A stretch of 64,000 nt of DNA from a virus (taxonomy: Duplodnaviria > Caudoviricetes): positions 1 to 64,000 of the IMG/VR virus record IMGVR_UViG_3300028591_000104. One strand, 5' to 3'. The notes beneath the pieces are model-generated. The model worked only from the letters and a program-made list of their open reading frames with translations, was not told the origin of the DNA and ran no database searches. Positions 20,383 to 30,086 of the stretch are shown piece by piece; position 1 is the stretch's first letter, and each line of letters starts with the position of its first letter. Both the position numbers and the translations under genes were made by a program.

Positions 20383-20434
20383 TCGTTCTAAACTACTAAC
20401 GAGGGACGAAGTCCCGAGTAGTAGTTTAGAACGA
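20383..20434. repeat. 16-bp inverted repeat/hairpin adjoining the iteron array
   Basis: TCGTTCTAAACTACTA / TAGTAGTTTAGAACGA. Confidence 0.8.
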
Positions 20435-20436
20435 AA

Positions 20437-20685
20437 GTTTTCATTAATGAAATTAATGAAAACTATATAGAGGTTTTCGTGTTTTCATTAAATTACTAAA
20501 ATTTTAATGAAATTAATGAAAACCTCGTATTAATAGTTTTCATTAAAACCATTAAAATTTTAATGAAAACCTATTGTTTTTTTAATGAAAACTTATGTAT
20601 AGTTTTCATTAAAAAATTTTCATTAATTTTCATTAACTCATTAAAATTTTAATGAAAACCTCTTAATGAAGGTTTTCATTAATTT
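20437..20685. repeat. iteron-like array (TTTTCATTAA/TTAATGAAAA), candidate replication origin
   Basis: More than 15 copies in both orientations in a very AT-rich tract; further copies at 21288-21320. Confidence 0.7.
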
Positions 20686-21083
20686 TCCCAGGTTGACTTG
20701 TGGCGATTTTTCCATCCCTTATTAGAATAAATTGTATTTGAACTATTAATTCCAAATTCTTTTGCAACTGTCCCCGCATTTGCATTAGGATGTTCCCGGC
20801 AATACAACCATACCTCCTATTCATCAGCAGCTTTAGGCCTACCCCCGAATTTTCCTTTCTCTGCTGCTTCTTCTGTTTTTTCCATTACTTTACCTACCCT
20901 AGGTAAAACTACCCTTAAAGCCATCCTTACCCCCGGTTCAGAAAAACTTTCTGGATCTTGTGGTTCATAATATGCATGGCGCACTATAGCCCCACATATC
21001 TGATCAATTTGTTCTGGAGGCAACTCTTTGATATATGGATCAATCCAATCCTTATAAAATGCAATTCTGTTAACTTCTGCCAT
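20679..21083 (-). CDS. replication-initiator-like protein (DUF6291-like N-terminus plus C-terminal HTH), TAG at 20817-20819 read through
   Basis: FYKDW...GKFGGRPK N-terminus; read-through adds NAGTVAKEFGINSSNTIY HTH and ends at TAA. Confidence 0.6.
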
Positions 21084-21264
21084 TTCTTCCGACCTCCTTT
21101 GTTACATGTAAGAAGGCCTCCTCAAATTCATCTGTCCACTCAAATGCCCAACATTTAAATCCTTTGATGGTTGGGTGCGGCAATTCTTTGATAGGAAACT
21201 ATCCCTACTCCATTAGCCTCCATACGACTTTGCGAGAGTAGCAGATCTTCTACTTTTGTTTCAT
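21070..21264 (-). CDS. small DUF5659-like protein with 3 in-frame TAG codons
   Basis: AAGGAG RBS; MKQK*KICYS...LME*G*FPI..LPHP..GFKCWAFE; stop overlaps the start of the next gene. Confidence 0.6.
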
Positions 21265-21336
21265 GTTCCGTATTTCTCCTTTGTTAGGTTTTCATTAAGT
21301 TTTCATTAAAATTTTAATGAATTGTAACATTTTGTT

Positions 21337-21498
21337 TCATTCTTCATTGGGTTCAAGTGAATCTAAATAATTTTTTATAGCTGTCCTAATAAGCCAGCTT
21401 AATGAAACATCATTTTCTTCTGACAATTTTTTAAGGGTTTGAAATACTTCGGGGTCCAACTGACAAGTTACCCCCACTTTTTTAGTTTTTTTGGACAT
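21337..21498 (-). CDS. ribbon-helix-helix (CopG/Arc-like) regulator, 53 aa
   Basis: AGGAGG RBS; VGVTCQLDPEVFQTLKKLSEENDVSLSWLIRTAIKNYL. Confidence 0.75.
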   Translation of the reverse strand: MSKKTKKVGVTCQLDPEVFQTLKKLSEENDVSLSWLIRTAIKNYLDSLEPNEE

Positions 21499-21623
21499 AT
21501 TAACCTCCTATTCATTCTTATTCACTTATAATGAAAATCACTCGTTTTAAATTACAAATTTTTGACCAATGCGGCAAGATGGTCATACGTCGCCCATTGA
21601 CCAGTATAAAAAAAGGAAGTTTT

Positions 21624-21857
21624 TTAACTTCCTTCTTTGTTATACAATTCTATAACTGCAACAGCTTGTGGACCACGCATACATTCTGGAAATTCAACTC
21701 TTTTAATTAGATATTCTCCATAAATATGCACGGTATAAAAACTAAGTTCACTTAAAGTTCCTTTATAAATATGAACAGGTGCTCCTTCTACCTTTATCAC
21801 TATTTTATCATCTATAAAAAATGGATTAGCATCCAAAAATTGTCTTAAACTCATCAT
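21624..21857 (-). CDS. hypothetical protein
   Basis: Coupled to the upstream minus-strand gene. Confidence 0.55.
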   Translation of the reverse strand: MMSLRQFLDANPFFIDDKIVIKVEGAPVHIYKGTLSELSFYTVHIYGEYLIKRVEFPECMRGPQAVAVIELYNKEGS

Positions 21858-22210
21858 CTTGGTATCTGACCTCCTGCGCCCCAGCCGGTTCTTCCCTGTC
21901 CATTAACCGAATGGCCGCATAATGGACAATTAACATCGCTATCCGCCAACGCTGTACCACAGTTCGCGCACCTCGTCAAGAACAGGTGGCCGCATCCCAT
22001 ACACCTTTCTGCGAAAGCATAATTTTTCATGCCGCAGTTACCACAGGTCTTCCCGAAAAGCTGAAGATACCCCCCAACAATTCCAAGACCAATAGTAAGA
22101 ATGAGAAACAGAGTAGGGATATAATGCGGTAACTTATTACTTAAAATAATACAGAAAATAAGAATTATAAAACTTATTCCTGCACCTAATAAAAATAAAT
22201 TAGTAAACAT
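21854..22210 (-). CDS. membrane protein with double zinc ribbon
   Basis: Two TM segments and four CxxC pairs. Confidence 0.7.
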   Translation of the reverse strand: MFTNLFLLGAGISFIILIFCIILSNKLPHYIPTLFLILTIGLGIVGGYLQLFGKTCGNCGMKNYAFAERCMGCGHLFLTRCANCGTALADSDVNCPLCGHSVNGQGRTGWGAGGQIPR

Positions 22211-22353
22211 ATATAATCTCCTTTATATTTTCTTTTTCCATATAAATATTATAACAAAAATTTTCTTATTTTTCAACTAAGTGGCCGGGCAATATTCGCT
22301 TTTATAAAAAAATTATAATATAATATATCTAGAAAAATAAAGGAGAAATAAAA

Positions 22354-22563
22354 ATGGATTTAGATGATTTAATGTATAATGCTCTTAAAAGAGAAATAGA
22401 TTTTAAACGATTTGCTGAAGCTAATAGAGGAACCAAAGAAGGTCAAATTTATAAAGAACTTGCTGAGGAACAGAATCAACTTTATGGAATCCTTAAGGAA
22501 TATAAAGAATTAAGAGCAGAGTCATCAAGAAACTCTCGAGGATATTGGGGAGAATATGGCTAA
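22354..22563 (+). CDS. hypothetical protein
   Basis: AT-rich promoter, AAGGAG RBS. Confidence 0.7.
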   Translation: MDLDDLMYNALKREIDFKRFAEANRGTKEGQIYKELAEEQNQLYGILKEYKELRAESSRNSRGYWGEYG

Positions 22564-22642
22564 GGTAAAACCTTAGCCATATTTGAATTTTTATAAAAAA
22601 TATGATATAATATATATGTAAAAAATAAAAGGAAAAAATAAC

Positions 22643-23104
22643 ATGAATAAGTACGAAAAGTTAAAGAATTTTATACTTAATGATACAATTAATGGAGATT
22701 ATAAATCAAGTGCTATTGAAGATTTATATTGTTCAAACCGCAACCGAGATATAGAGGTAGCATTACTTACTGGACGTGAAGGAACAGATGAATTTAGTTG
22801 TAATTATGATTCTATCGTTTGTGTTTATTATGATAATGGTTTAAAGATTATAAGTAATCTTAAGCCAGGCAAATGCTATCATTTTAATCGTTTTGTTTTT
22901 AACACTTTCTTAAACTATATGGAATTTAGCGATGTAATTCGAAATGATGGTAAAGTTACTATTAAGGAAATAGTTGATTTAGTAAATTCTTACTTTGGCG
23001 CAGATTTGATAAATTATGAGACTTATGATATAAATTATAATTTTGAAAATGATTATGTAGTACAAATTTTATTTAACTCAAGAGGTAATTTAAAAGATGA
23101 ATAA
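22643..23104 (+). CDS. hypothetical protein
   Basis: Promoter and RBS. Confidence 0.7.
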   Translation: MNKYEKLKNFILNDTINGDYKSSAIEDLYCSNRNRDIEVALLTGREGTDEFSCNYDSIVCVYYDNGLKIISNLKPGKCYHFNRFVFNTFLNYMEFSDVIRNDGKVTIKEIVDLVNSYFGADLINYETYDINYNFENDYVVQILFNSRGNLKDE

Positions 23105-23651
23105 GAAACATGCTTTAGGTTTTGATAAAGGATATATTTATCTCTTTAAAGGAAGTCAGGAGATGTATGATGACTGGTTTAAAGAGAGTATTTGTCGTTA
23201 CCATGGAACCTTCGGATGGTATCTTGCTTCAGAAGATGAGGATAAGTTGATTTCTATTCCTGTTGGTTTAGAGATGATAAAGCTAAACTATGACCAGGTT
23301 TTCGTAGATGAAAATCAGTTAAAGCCAATAGCAGAAATAGAAGCAGCAGTATTTGCTTTAATCTACGGCAATTCCGCTAGTTCTTTTGTCGGTACTATTG
23401 GTCAGAGATTGCCTCTTGTTTTAAAATGCACTTACGCAAAAAAGACTGAGGGTAACTATGGTTCTCAGACATTCCACATGTTTGAGGACAAAGATGGAAA
23501 TGTATATACTTGGTCAACAGCTGCTAAAACATTAGAAGTAGGAAAGATTTATGGATGTAGAGCAACTGTTAAGGACCACAAGATTTATAAGGGACAGAAA
23601 CAGACAGTTTTAACACGAGCTATGCAATTTGAAGAAAAGGAGAATTTCTAA
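23097..23651 (+). CDS. hypothetical protein with possible C-terminal OB-fold
   Basis: FVGTIGQR...FEDKDGNVYTW...ATVKDH..YKGQKQTVLTR. Confidence 0.65.
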   Translation: MNKKHALGFDKGYIYLFKGSQEMYDDWFKESICRYHGTFGWYLASEDEDKLISIPVGLEMIKLNYDQVFVDENQLKPIAEIEAAVFALIYGNSASSFVGTIGQRLPLVLKCTYAKKTEGNYGSQTFHMFEDKDGNVYTWSTAAKTLEVGKIYGCRATVKDHKIYKGQKQTVLTRAMQFEEKENF

Positions 23652-23652
23652 G

Positions 23653-23832
23653 ATGAAATGTTTTTATTGCGGCCGGGAGCTTCGTGTACTACACAACGAC
23701 GACGGTATGGTGATGCTCAAATGCGGCTATCCGCGCTGTAAACTTCAGCCAGAATCTGATTGGGAGCCCGATCTCGCTCTGGCAGAAGCAGACATTGAGA
23801 TGGTTAAAAAGTCAATGAAAGGTGGTAAATAA
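23653..23832 (+). CDS. small Zn-finger protein
   Basis: CxxC...Cx4C; ATG 23653. Confidence 0.55.
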   Translation: MKCFYCGRELRVLHNDDGMVMLKCGYPRCKLQPESDWEPDLALAEADIEMVKKSMKGGK

Positions 23833-24027
23833 TATGTCTATTTTTAGGAGAAAGAAAAAGTTTTATTTTTACTATCCCGAAGTTGGAAAAGTTTTTATCA
23901 TAAAAGCTCGTGATGAATCAGAGGCTTGTTGGAAGATGATGCATGTTTCAATTAAACCTTATATATATAGTTATTGGGAAATTATAACAGAAGAAGAATA
24001 TAATAATTTGAAAGGAAAACAATTATA

Positions 24028-24222
24028 ATGAATTATTTTTTAGCTACTCTTTTGGCAGTAGGTTTGGTTGTTATGGGCTTTATTGGAGGCGCATGGTATG
24101 CACTTCGGAGGTTTAAACATATTGAAGTCAAGCTACCTGATGATGTTTCTGATGAAGAAATGCAACGTATTGCAAAAGACTTAGTCGACAGAATGAATAA
24201 TTTAAATAAGAGGGATGAGTAA
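24028..24222 (+). CDS. small membrane protein
   Basis: N-terminal TM helix. Confidence 0.6.
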   Translation: MNYFLATLLAVGLVVMGFIGGAWYALRRFKHIEVKLPDDVSDEEMQRIAKDLVDRMNNLNKRDE

Positions 24223-24298
24223 TCGTCTCTCTTTAATTGTTTTTAATTATTTTTTTTGATATAATATATATGTAAAAAAATTAAGGAAGTAATTAAAT

Positions 24299-25966
24299 AT
24301 GCTGATTAGAAAATTGACACAAAAAGAAATAGATACAATTACATCTTATCGTAAGGAGTTTGGCGATTATACTAATGCGTATAATGCAGGTCCTTTTATG
24401 CCTACTGAGAAGTGGCTTTCAACCTGGGAACAGGGAAAAGAGGAAGAAATAGGTAATATCTTTGGAGGAGAACTCTATATAGAATTTCCTGTTGAAATAC
24501 AGGCTACTAGAAAAATACTCGAAGCTGAAATAGATAAGTATGAATTGTGTGGCCACCCTTTTTATAGTTGTTTAACAGATTTTATAAGTTATAAGTATAA
24601 GTTTGGTGGCAGACTTTCCCGTTATACTGTTTTAAGTTATTTAACTTCTACTTCTGCACTTATTGACAAGGTGTATAATCATTGCGAAAATATAGAGTTT
24701 AAATATAAGACTGAAGCTGGAGAAGATAAAGTTCTTGTAGTTACAAAAGGTATGAGACTTACTAAGATTTACTCTAAGCTCAATAAGATTTACAAACTCG
24801 TAAGTCCTGAAGTATATGAGGATTTTAGACGTAAGTATAGTCTTATCTTTAATCAGGAGAAGATAAAGGGAACTTATGTTCTTTCTATTCGTCCTTTTGA
24901 TTATATGACGATGAGTGATAATGACTATGGTTGGTCAAGCTGTATGAATTGGATGAATGGTGGTTGTTTCCGTCGTGGGACCATTGAGATGATGACTTCT
25001 CCTTGCGTAGTAGTAGGATATTTGAAAGGTGAAAAGCCTATGAAGGAATGGCCCGAAATTGACAATAAGAAGTGGCGTTGTCTGTTTGTTGTTAAGCCTA
25101 CAGTTATTACTTCTGTTAAGAATTATCCTTACTACAATGATGAATTGACTACTTTTGGTGTTAAGAAGCTAAAGGAGCTTGCTGAGAAAAATCTTGGCTA
25201 TAAGTATAACGATACAATGGGAATTAATGAAGATGATGAAAGCTTCATACCTTTTTATTATGATGAAGATAAGAAGCGTTGGTATGGTTTTTCTTTCCAT
25301 ACGAATTTTATGTATCGTGACTTTGGTACTACTGATTCTTATAATCATTATTTTGTAAGTACTGATGAAGATAACGCTATTATAGAAGAATTTAAGAAAA
25401 TGAAGTATAGACAGCATATTTCATATAACTATAGTGGTACTTATATCTGTTCTATTTGCGGCAAGGTTGAGACGCCAGATGATTATGAAGATACTGAAGG
25501 ACTTAATTTGTGCTGCCTGGAATGCAGTGGTAGTACGACCTGTCAGAGATGCGGCCGCATCATCTATTCAAACGACGATATGTATAGTACTATAGATTAT
25601 GATTGTGTTTGCAGCTGCTGTATTGAGGATTATGAATTTGTAGAGTATCTCGATACTTACGCCCCGTATGATTCGGTCTACGAATATAGACTTGCTATTC
25701 CTACAGAAGACGGTTTCTGGTGTTCTTCTTTGAAAGTGGAAGCTGTTGATGACGACTTTGAGGAATTTAAGCATTATACCGGAGCTGATGCTTATGAAAC
25801 CCTTGAAGCAGATGATTGGGGAAGAGATTATCTTGTAGTTGACCTTGAAAAGTTAATCAATAATTGGAGTGAGATTGAAAGATATATTTATAATTGTCCG
25901 AGAAATGTTAATGCTCATAACATTGAAGATTACTTTATAAAGTATAGAAGAGAGCTGCGGTTTTGA
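24299..25966 (+). CDS. large conserved-looking phage protein with Cys-rich C-terminal region
   Basis: 555 aa ORF, MTMSDN..WSSCM motif, several CxxC. Confidence 0.8.
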   Translation: MLIRKLTQKEIDTITSYRKEFGDYTNAYNAGPFMPTEKWLSTWEQGKEEEIGNIFGGELYIEFPVEIQATRKILEAEIDKYELCGHPFYSCLTDFISYKYKFGGRLSRYTVLSYLTSTSALIDKVYNHCENIEFKYKTEAGEDKVLVVTKGMRLTKIYSKLNKIYKLVSPEVYEDFRRKYSLIFNQEKIKGTYVLSIRPFDYMTMSDNDYGWSSCMNWMNGGCFRRGTIEMMTSPCVVVGYLKGEKPMKEWPEIDNKKWRCLFVVKPTVITSVKNYPYYNDELTTFGVKKLKELAEKNLGYKYNDTMGINEDDESFIPFYYDEDKKRWYGFSFHTNFMYRDFGTTDSYNHYFVSTDEDNAIIEEFKKMKYRQHISYNYSGTYICSICGKVETPDDYEDTEGLNLCCLECSGSTTCQRCGRIIYSNDDMYSTIDYDCVCSCCIEDYEFVEYLDTYAPYDSVYEYRLAIPTEDGFWCSSLKVEAVDDDFEEFKHYTGADAYETLEADDWGRDYLVVDLEKLINNWSEIERYIYNCPRNVNAHNIEDYFIKYRRELRF

Positions 25967-26225
25967 AAAAATCTACGGTTCTTAGCACCAACGATTTGAA
26001 AAATTAAAAAATTTAGTGTATAATATAAGTGTAAAAAGTGAGGGAAATACAAAAAACTTCTTTCACTTTTGATACACTAAATGAAGAATTTGAAAAGCAC
26101 AAACTTGAAAAATTAAAAAATTTAGTGTATAATATAAATATAAAAGATAAGGAAAGAAAATCCAAATCTTAAAGAACCAAACAGTCAAAGTAAAAAGAAA
26201 AAATTATTAAAGGAGAAAAAAGACT

Positions 26226-26600
26226 ATGACTAAGAAGATTACAGCAAGAGAGAACTATGTAGCAATCGCAGATTTCGTAAAGGCAAACGGTGGTGATGAG
26301 GCTTGGGTAGATTTCCTCAAGGCACAGGTAGAGAAGCTCGATGCTAAGGCAGCTAAGGCTAAGGAGAAGAGAGCTGAGAAGGCTGCTGAGCCCGACCCTT
26401 ATATCGAGGCTATCGCAGGTGCTATCGGTGATGAGCCTATCACAGCTGACGAAATCGTTGCTAAGCTCGGTATTGAGGACCTTACAAAGAATAAGGTAAC
26501 TGCTCGTATCGGTAAGATTGAGGGTATCGAGAAGGTCGACATCAAGGTCGAGAACGCTGAGGGCAAGACTGTTAAGAGAGTTGCTTATAAGCGCGCCTGA
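26226..26600 (+). CDS. basic winged-helix protein, paralog 3 of 3
   Basis: KKITARE...; tandem promoters at 25995 and 26104; high-expression codons. Confidence 0.75.
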   Translation: MTKKITARENYVAIADFVKANGGDEAWVDFLKAQVEKLDAKAAKAKEKRAEKAAEPDPYIEAIAGAIGDEPITADEIVAKLGIEDLTKNKVTARIGKIEGIEKVDIKVENAEGKTVKRVAYKRA

Positions 26601-26669
26601 TGGTGACTTCATCACCATCTAAATTGGAGACCAGTGAGGTACTGAAAATCCGTATAAAAGGGCAAGACT

Positions 26670-26702
26670 AAAGAGGGAGTGTCGAAAGACACTCCTTTTT
26701 TG
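26670..26702 (+). terminator. intrinsic terminator
   Basis: GGAGTGTC-GAAA-GACACTCC followed by a T-run. Confidence 0.75.
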
Positions 26703-26768
26703 ATTTCTAAAAAATTTTATGATATAATACTTATGTAAATAAAATAAAAAATGGAGGTGTATGCCCGA

Positions 26769-27569
26769 ATGAAATATTGTTTACACGCTTAGGTAGATAG
26801 AGAATATCTTGATAAAGCTGATGAACTTAAGGTAATATGGGAAAAAAGAGATATTATCCCTGAGATCTTTGAGCAGTATCCAGGCAAAGATGTTATTTTA
26901 GAGTGCTTTGAACAAGAACTCCAAGAGAAAGATATAGAAGATTTAAAAATCTTCAAGGGACTAAGTAGAGGACATTTTAGAGTTTGTTGCGCTAATTGGA
27001 AGCTATTTAGAGATTTGGATATTCCTTATTATGTAGGATACCCTATAACCGATGCCTTTACTTTAAATGGATTATTGCGCGCGGGGGTCACGGACGTCGT
27101 CATAGCTGGGCCATTGTTGTTCGACTTAGAAGGGATATGGAAAACCTTGGGAGATGATGCTGATGTGCAATTTAGGGTAATGCCTAATGTCGCGTACACA
27201 GACGGCTTGCCGCACGAAAATGGAGTAGTTGGTTCCTGGATTAGACCTGAAGATGTTGAAGCTTATGGTAATCTTTTTGACGTAATTGAATTTGAAGATA
27301 CAAGAGATAAGGTAAGAGAACAGGCTTTATACAGAATATATGCAGAAGATAAAAAGTGGTTGGGTCAGCTTAAAGATTTGATTACTAATTTAGACTATTC
27401 AGGAGATAATGCTTACATACCTGTTGGAATGTCATTACATAGGATCGATTGTCATCAGAGATGCCTCACAGGTAGTAATTGTCGTATATGTTATAGAATG
27501 TTAGATTTAGCAAATGAAAAAGTGTATAATAAAATAACGGAGCAAAAGAAAAATAATGAACAGATTTAA
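26769..27569 (+). CDS. hypothetical protein, TAG at 26790-26792 read through
   Basis: GGAGGTG RBS; open and in frame with the 27015 ORF apart from one TAG. Confidence 0.75.
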
Positions 27570-28506
27570 TCGCGAAGAATATTCAATGTATAAAAAGATA
27601 CTTGGATTCACTCAGCCAACCTTGCTAAAAGCTATGAAGCTATTTCTAGAAAAATATTATACTAAAGTATTAGCTACAAAAGATTTTGTTATTGCTTTTG
27701 GTGATATTCCTATAGCATTATGCGCGCATCTAGATACGGTGTTTTATACCCCGCCAAAAAACATTTTTTATGATAAAGAAAGTGGAGTAATTTGGTCTCC
27801 TGAAGGATGCGGGCACGATGATAGAGCCGGTGTTTATATGATAATGAAGATAATCCAGGCTGGTTACAGACCGAATGTTATCTTTACAACTGATGAAGAA
27901 ATTGGTTGTAAAGGAGCAGATAAGCTTTGTAATTATGCAAATCCTTTTGAAGATTTGCAGTATATTATTCAGCTTGACCGCCGTGGAATAGATGATTGCG
28001 TATTTTATTATGGAGATAATCAAAAGTTTATAAAGTATGTAGAATCTTTTGGTTTCAGAGAGGCTAAAGGAAGCTTTACTGATATTGTATTTTTATGTCC
28101 TACTTGGGAAGTATGCGGAGTAAATCTATCTATTGGTTATGAAAATGAACATACTTGTATGGAGTATTTAGATGTAGGCGTTTTTTATAATACAATGAAT
28201 AAGGTTATTAAGATGCTAGAGAACCCACCAATAGAGAAGTTTGAATATACAGAAAAACCTGTTAAGTTAGTTAAGAATTTAAAACTTGGAAACAAGTGTG
28301 AGAAATGCGGCCAGACGGTCTATGAACCGTCCGAAGACCTGTTCCCTGTAAAATATAAGGGTGGAAAAAGAAATATTTGTATAGAATGTATGATGGGCGG
28401 AGTAAATTGGTGTATTAATTGTAATGAAGCATTTGAAACCACTAACCCAGATGCAGTTTTATGTGATGAATGTGAAAGAAGTATGAGAGAGGGAGGTCAA
28501 GGCTAA
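27556..28506 (+). CDS. M28-family zinc aminopeptidase-like protein with C-terminal Zn ribbons
   Basis: AHLDTV, GHDDRAG, TDEEIG, QLDRRG, NEH motifs. Confidence 0.85.
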   Translation: MNRFNREEYSMYKKILGFTQPTLLKAMKLFLEKYYTKVLATKDFVIAFGDIPIALCAHLDTVFYTPPKNIFYDKESGVIWSPEGCGHDDRAGVYMIMKIIQAGYRPNVIFTTDEEIGCKGADKLCNYANPFEDLQYIIQLDRRGIDDCVFYYGDNQKFIKYVESFGFREAKGSFTDIVFLCPTWEVCGVNLSIGYENEHTCMEYLDVGVFYNTMNKVIKMLENPPIEKFEYTEKPVKLVKNLKLGNKCEKCGQTVYEPSEDLFPVKYKGGKRNICIECMMGGVNWCINCNEAFETTNPDAVLCDECERSMREGGQG

Positions 28507-28712
28507 TGAATCATTATTTAATAATTTTGAAACATGGTACTAAGATTTTAGTCAAAGCAGATAAATTTTATATTGCTTCTGATGCTATGTAGTTTTGTAA
28601 TGAGCTTACTGAAGAACTTATAGCCTATTTTAAAACAGAAGAAATAGTAGGTTGTACTAAAATCAATATAGAAGAACTTGATGACATATTAAATTTTTTG
28701 GAAGGAGACTGA
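28506..28712 (+). CDS. small protein with in-frame TAG at 28590
   Basis: GGAGG RBS; TAATG and TGATG coupling at both ends only if TAG is sense. Confidence 0.7.
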
Positions 28713-29032
28713 TGACTATGCCGAGAGGTACAACAGCCAAAGAGAAGGTTGAGAGTAAGATTAAGGAAGCGTTTGGTGCTGATTTTGTGGGGGTGTATGA
28801 TCGTAAAATTTATGTATGGGCAGATGATGGTGGAGAGCGGGTGCAGATTGCCATTTCTATGACCTGTCCCAAAACTATGGTAGGAACTGTAGATCTTACT
28901 GCTGCGGCAGGAGGTGGTCACGATTTCTCGGACCCTGAGGTTGTTGTCGCTCCAACGACCAGCCAGCCCGCAGAGATTACAGAAGAAGAACAGAAGAATA
29001 TTGAGGATTTGATCGCTGCTCTTGGTTTATAA
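28712..29032 (+). CDS. hypothetical protein
   Basis: RBS, high-expression codon usage. Confidence 0.75.
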   Translation: MTMPRGTTAKEKVESKIKEAFGADFVGVYDRKIYVWADDGGERVQIAISMTCPKTMVGTVDLTAAAGGGHDFSDPEVVVAPTTSQPAEITEEEQKNIEDLIAALGL

Positions 29033-29043
29033 GGAGAATTAAA

Positions 29044-29337
29044 ATGGCAAAGATTATACCTATTAGTAAATTAAGAGAAATAAGAGCAAGAGAAGATGAA
29101 TGTACTAAAAATCGAATTATTGATGAAATAAATGTAGAAATTCGTAGAGCTCTTCGAATCAGAAATCCAGAAATAACTTATATATTTGACATTTATCCAC
29201 ATTTAATAAATGTAGTTGAAGAAGAGTTAACATCAGCAGGATATGACGTAGAAGAATGTATACAACGTTCACCTCATGATGATAAAATTCTATATCATTT
29301 TTTAAAGATTTCTGGTTGGGATGGTTTTGATTTTTAA
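29044..29337 (+). CDS. hypothetical protein
   Basis: AAGGAG RBS. Confidence 0.65.
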   Translation: MAKIIPISKLREIRAREDECTKNRIIDEINVEIRRALRIRNPEITYIFDIYPHLINVVEEELTSAGYDVEECIQRSPHDDKILYHFLKISGWDGFDF

Positions 29338-29552
29338 GAAATTTTTTGATATAATATATATATAAGAAATGAGAAAGAAAGTCTTTAGAGTTTGTGGCTT
29401 TCTTTCGCTCTTATAACAACTGAATATTTATTTTGCTTTATTTTAGTGATATGGGATATTACTAAAAGTCAGGAAAGACTATAAAACAAACAAACCAAAT
29501 ATTGGGCGCGCCACCGCCCGTTGGTGAAAGTCCATAAAGGTGGCACTGTTAT

Positions 29553-29837
29553 CCCCCGGTACCAGAATTGGCATATGGACCGGACTTTAAGGCGTACCAA
29601 GAGCACTAATAAGGGAAACCTATTAAGTGAATGATGGCTAATTCGGCGAAACTCTCAAGTAGACAACGCCGAGCTAAATCGGATTAACCGTAAATGTGTA
29701 GAGACTATATACCATCCGCCTAAATCTTAATGACATGGCGAAGACATAGTCCAGACCACAACACTTAGGTGGCTATGGCGACATAGTGTGGCAAGAAAAT
29801 CCGGGGTTTTCGGGTTCGACTCCCGAGCGGGGGACCA
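29553..29837 (+). tRNA. tRNA-Leu(UAA) interrupted by a group I intron; short variable loop
   Basis: Exons 29553-29587 and 29796-29837 give CCGGA-CTTAAAA-TCCGG, a T-arm and ACCA. Confidence 0.85.
29588..29795 (+). ncRNA. group I self-splicing intron without ORF
   Basis: Inserted after U of the UAA anticodon, ends in G; P/Q/R/S-like AATTCGGCGAAA, AACGCCGAGC, TGTAGAGACTA, AAGACATAGTCC. Confidence 0.85.
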
Positions 29838-30086
29838 TAGGGCAAGAGAAGAAAATAAGAGTGGGACACTAGGAGGACTAACTCCCTGGACCATTGGTCT
29901 TAAAATAAAGTGTGCAACCCCAGATGTGCCCAGTCGGTTTTCCCAACAGCGACTTTAAATAAGTGTTGGGCGTATATACGATAACCCCTAGAAGAGTAGC
30001 CGGTGTGGGTGAAAACTAGGGGTTTTTTGTTTTTTATAAAAAAATATGATATAATATATATAAGAAAATAGAAAGGAAGAAAAAAG

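Noticed and set aside
20437-20685. CRISPR array
   Set aside because: Repeats are about 10 bp, in both orientations, with irregular spacing and no unique 30-40 bp spacers.
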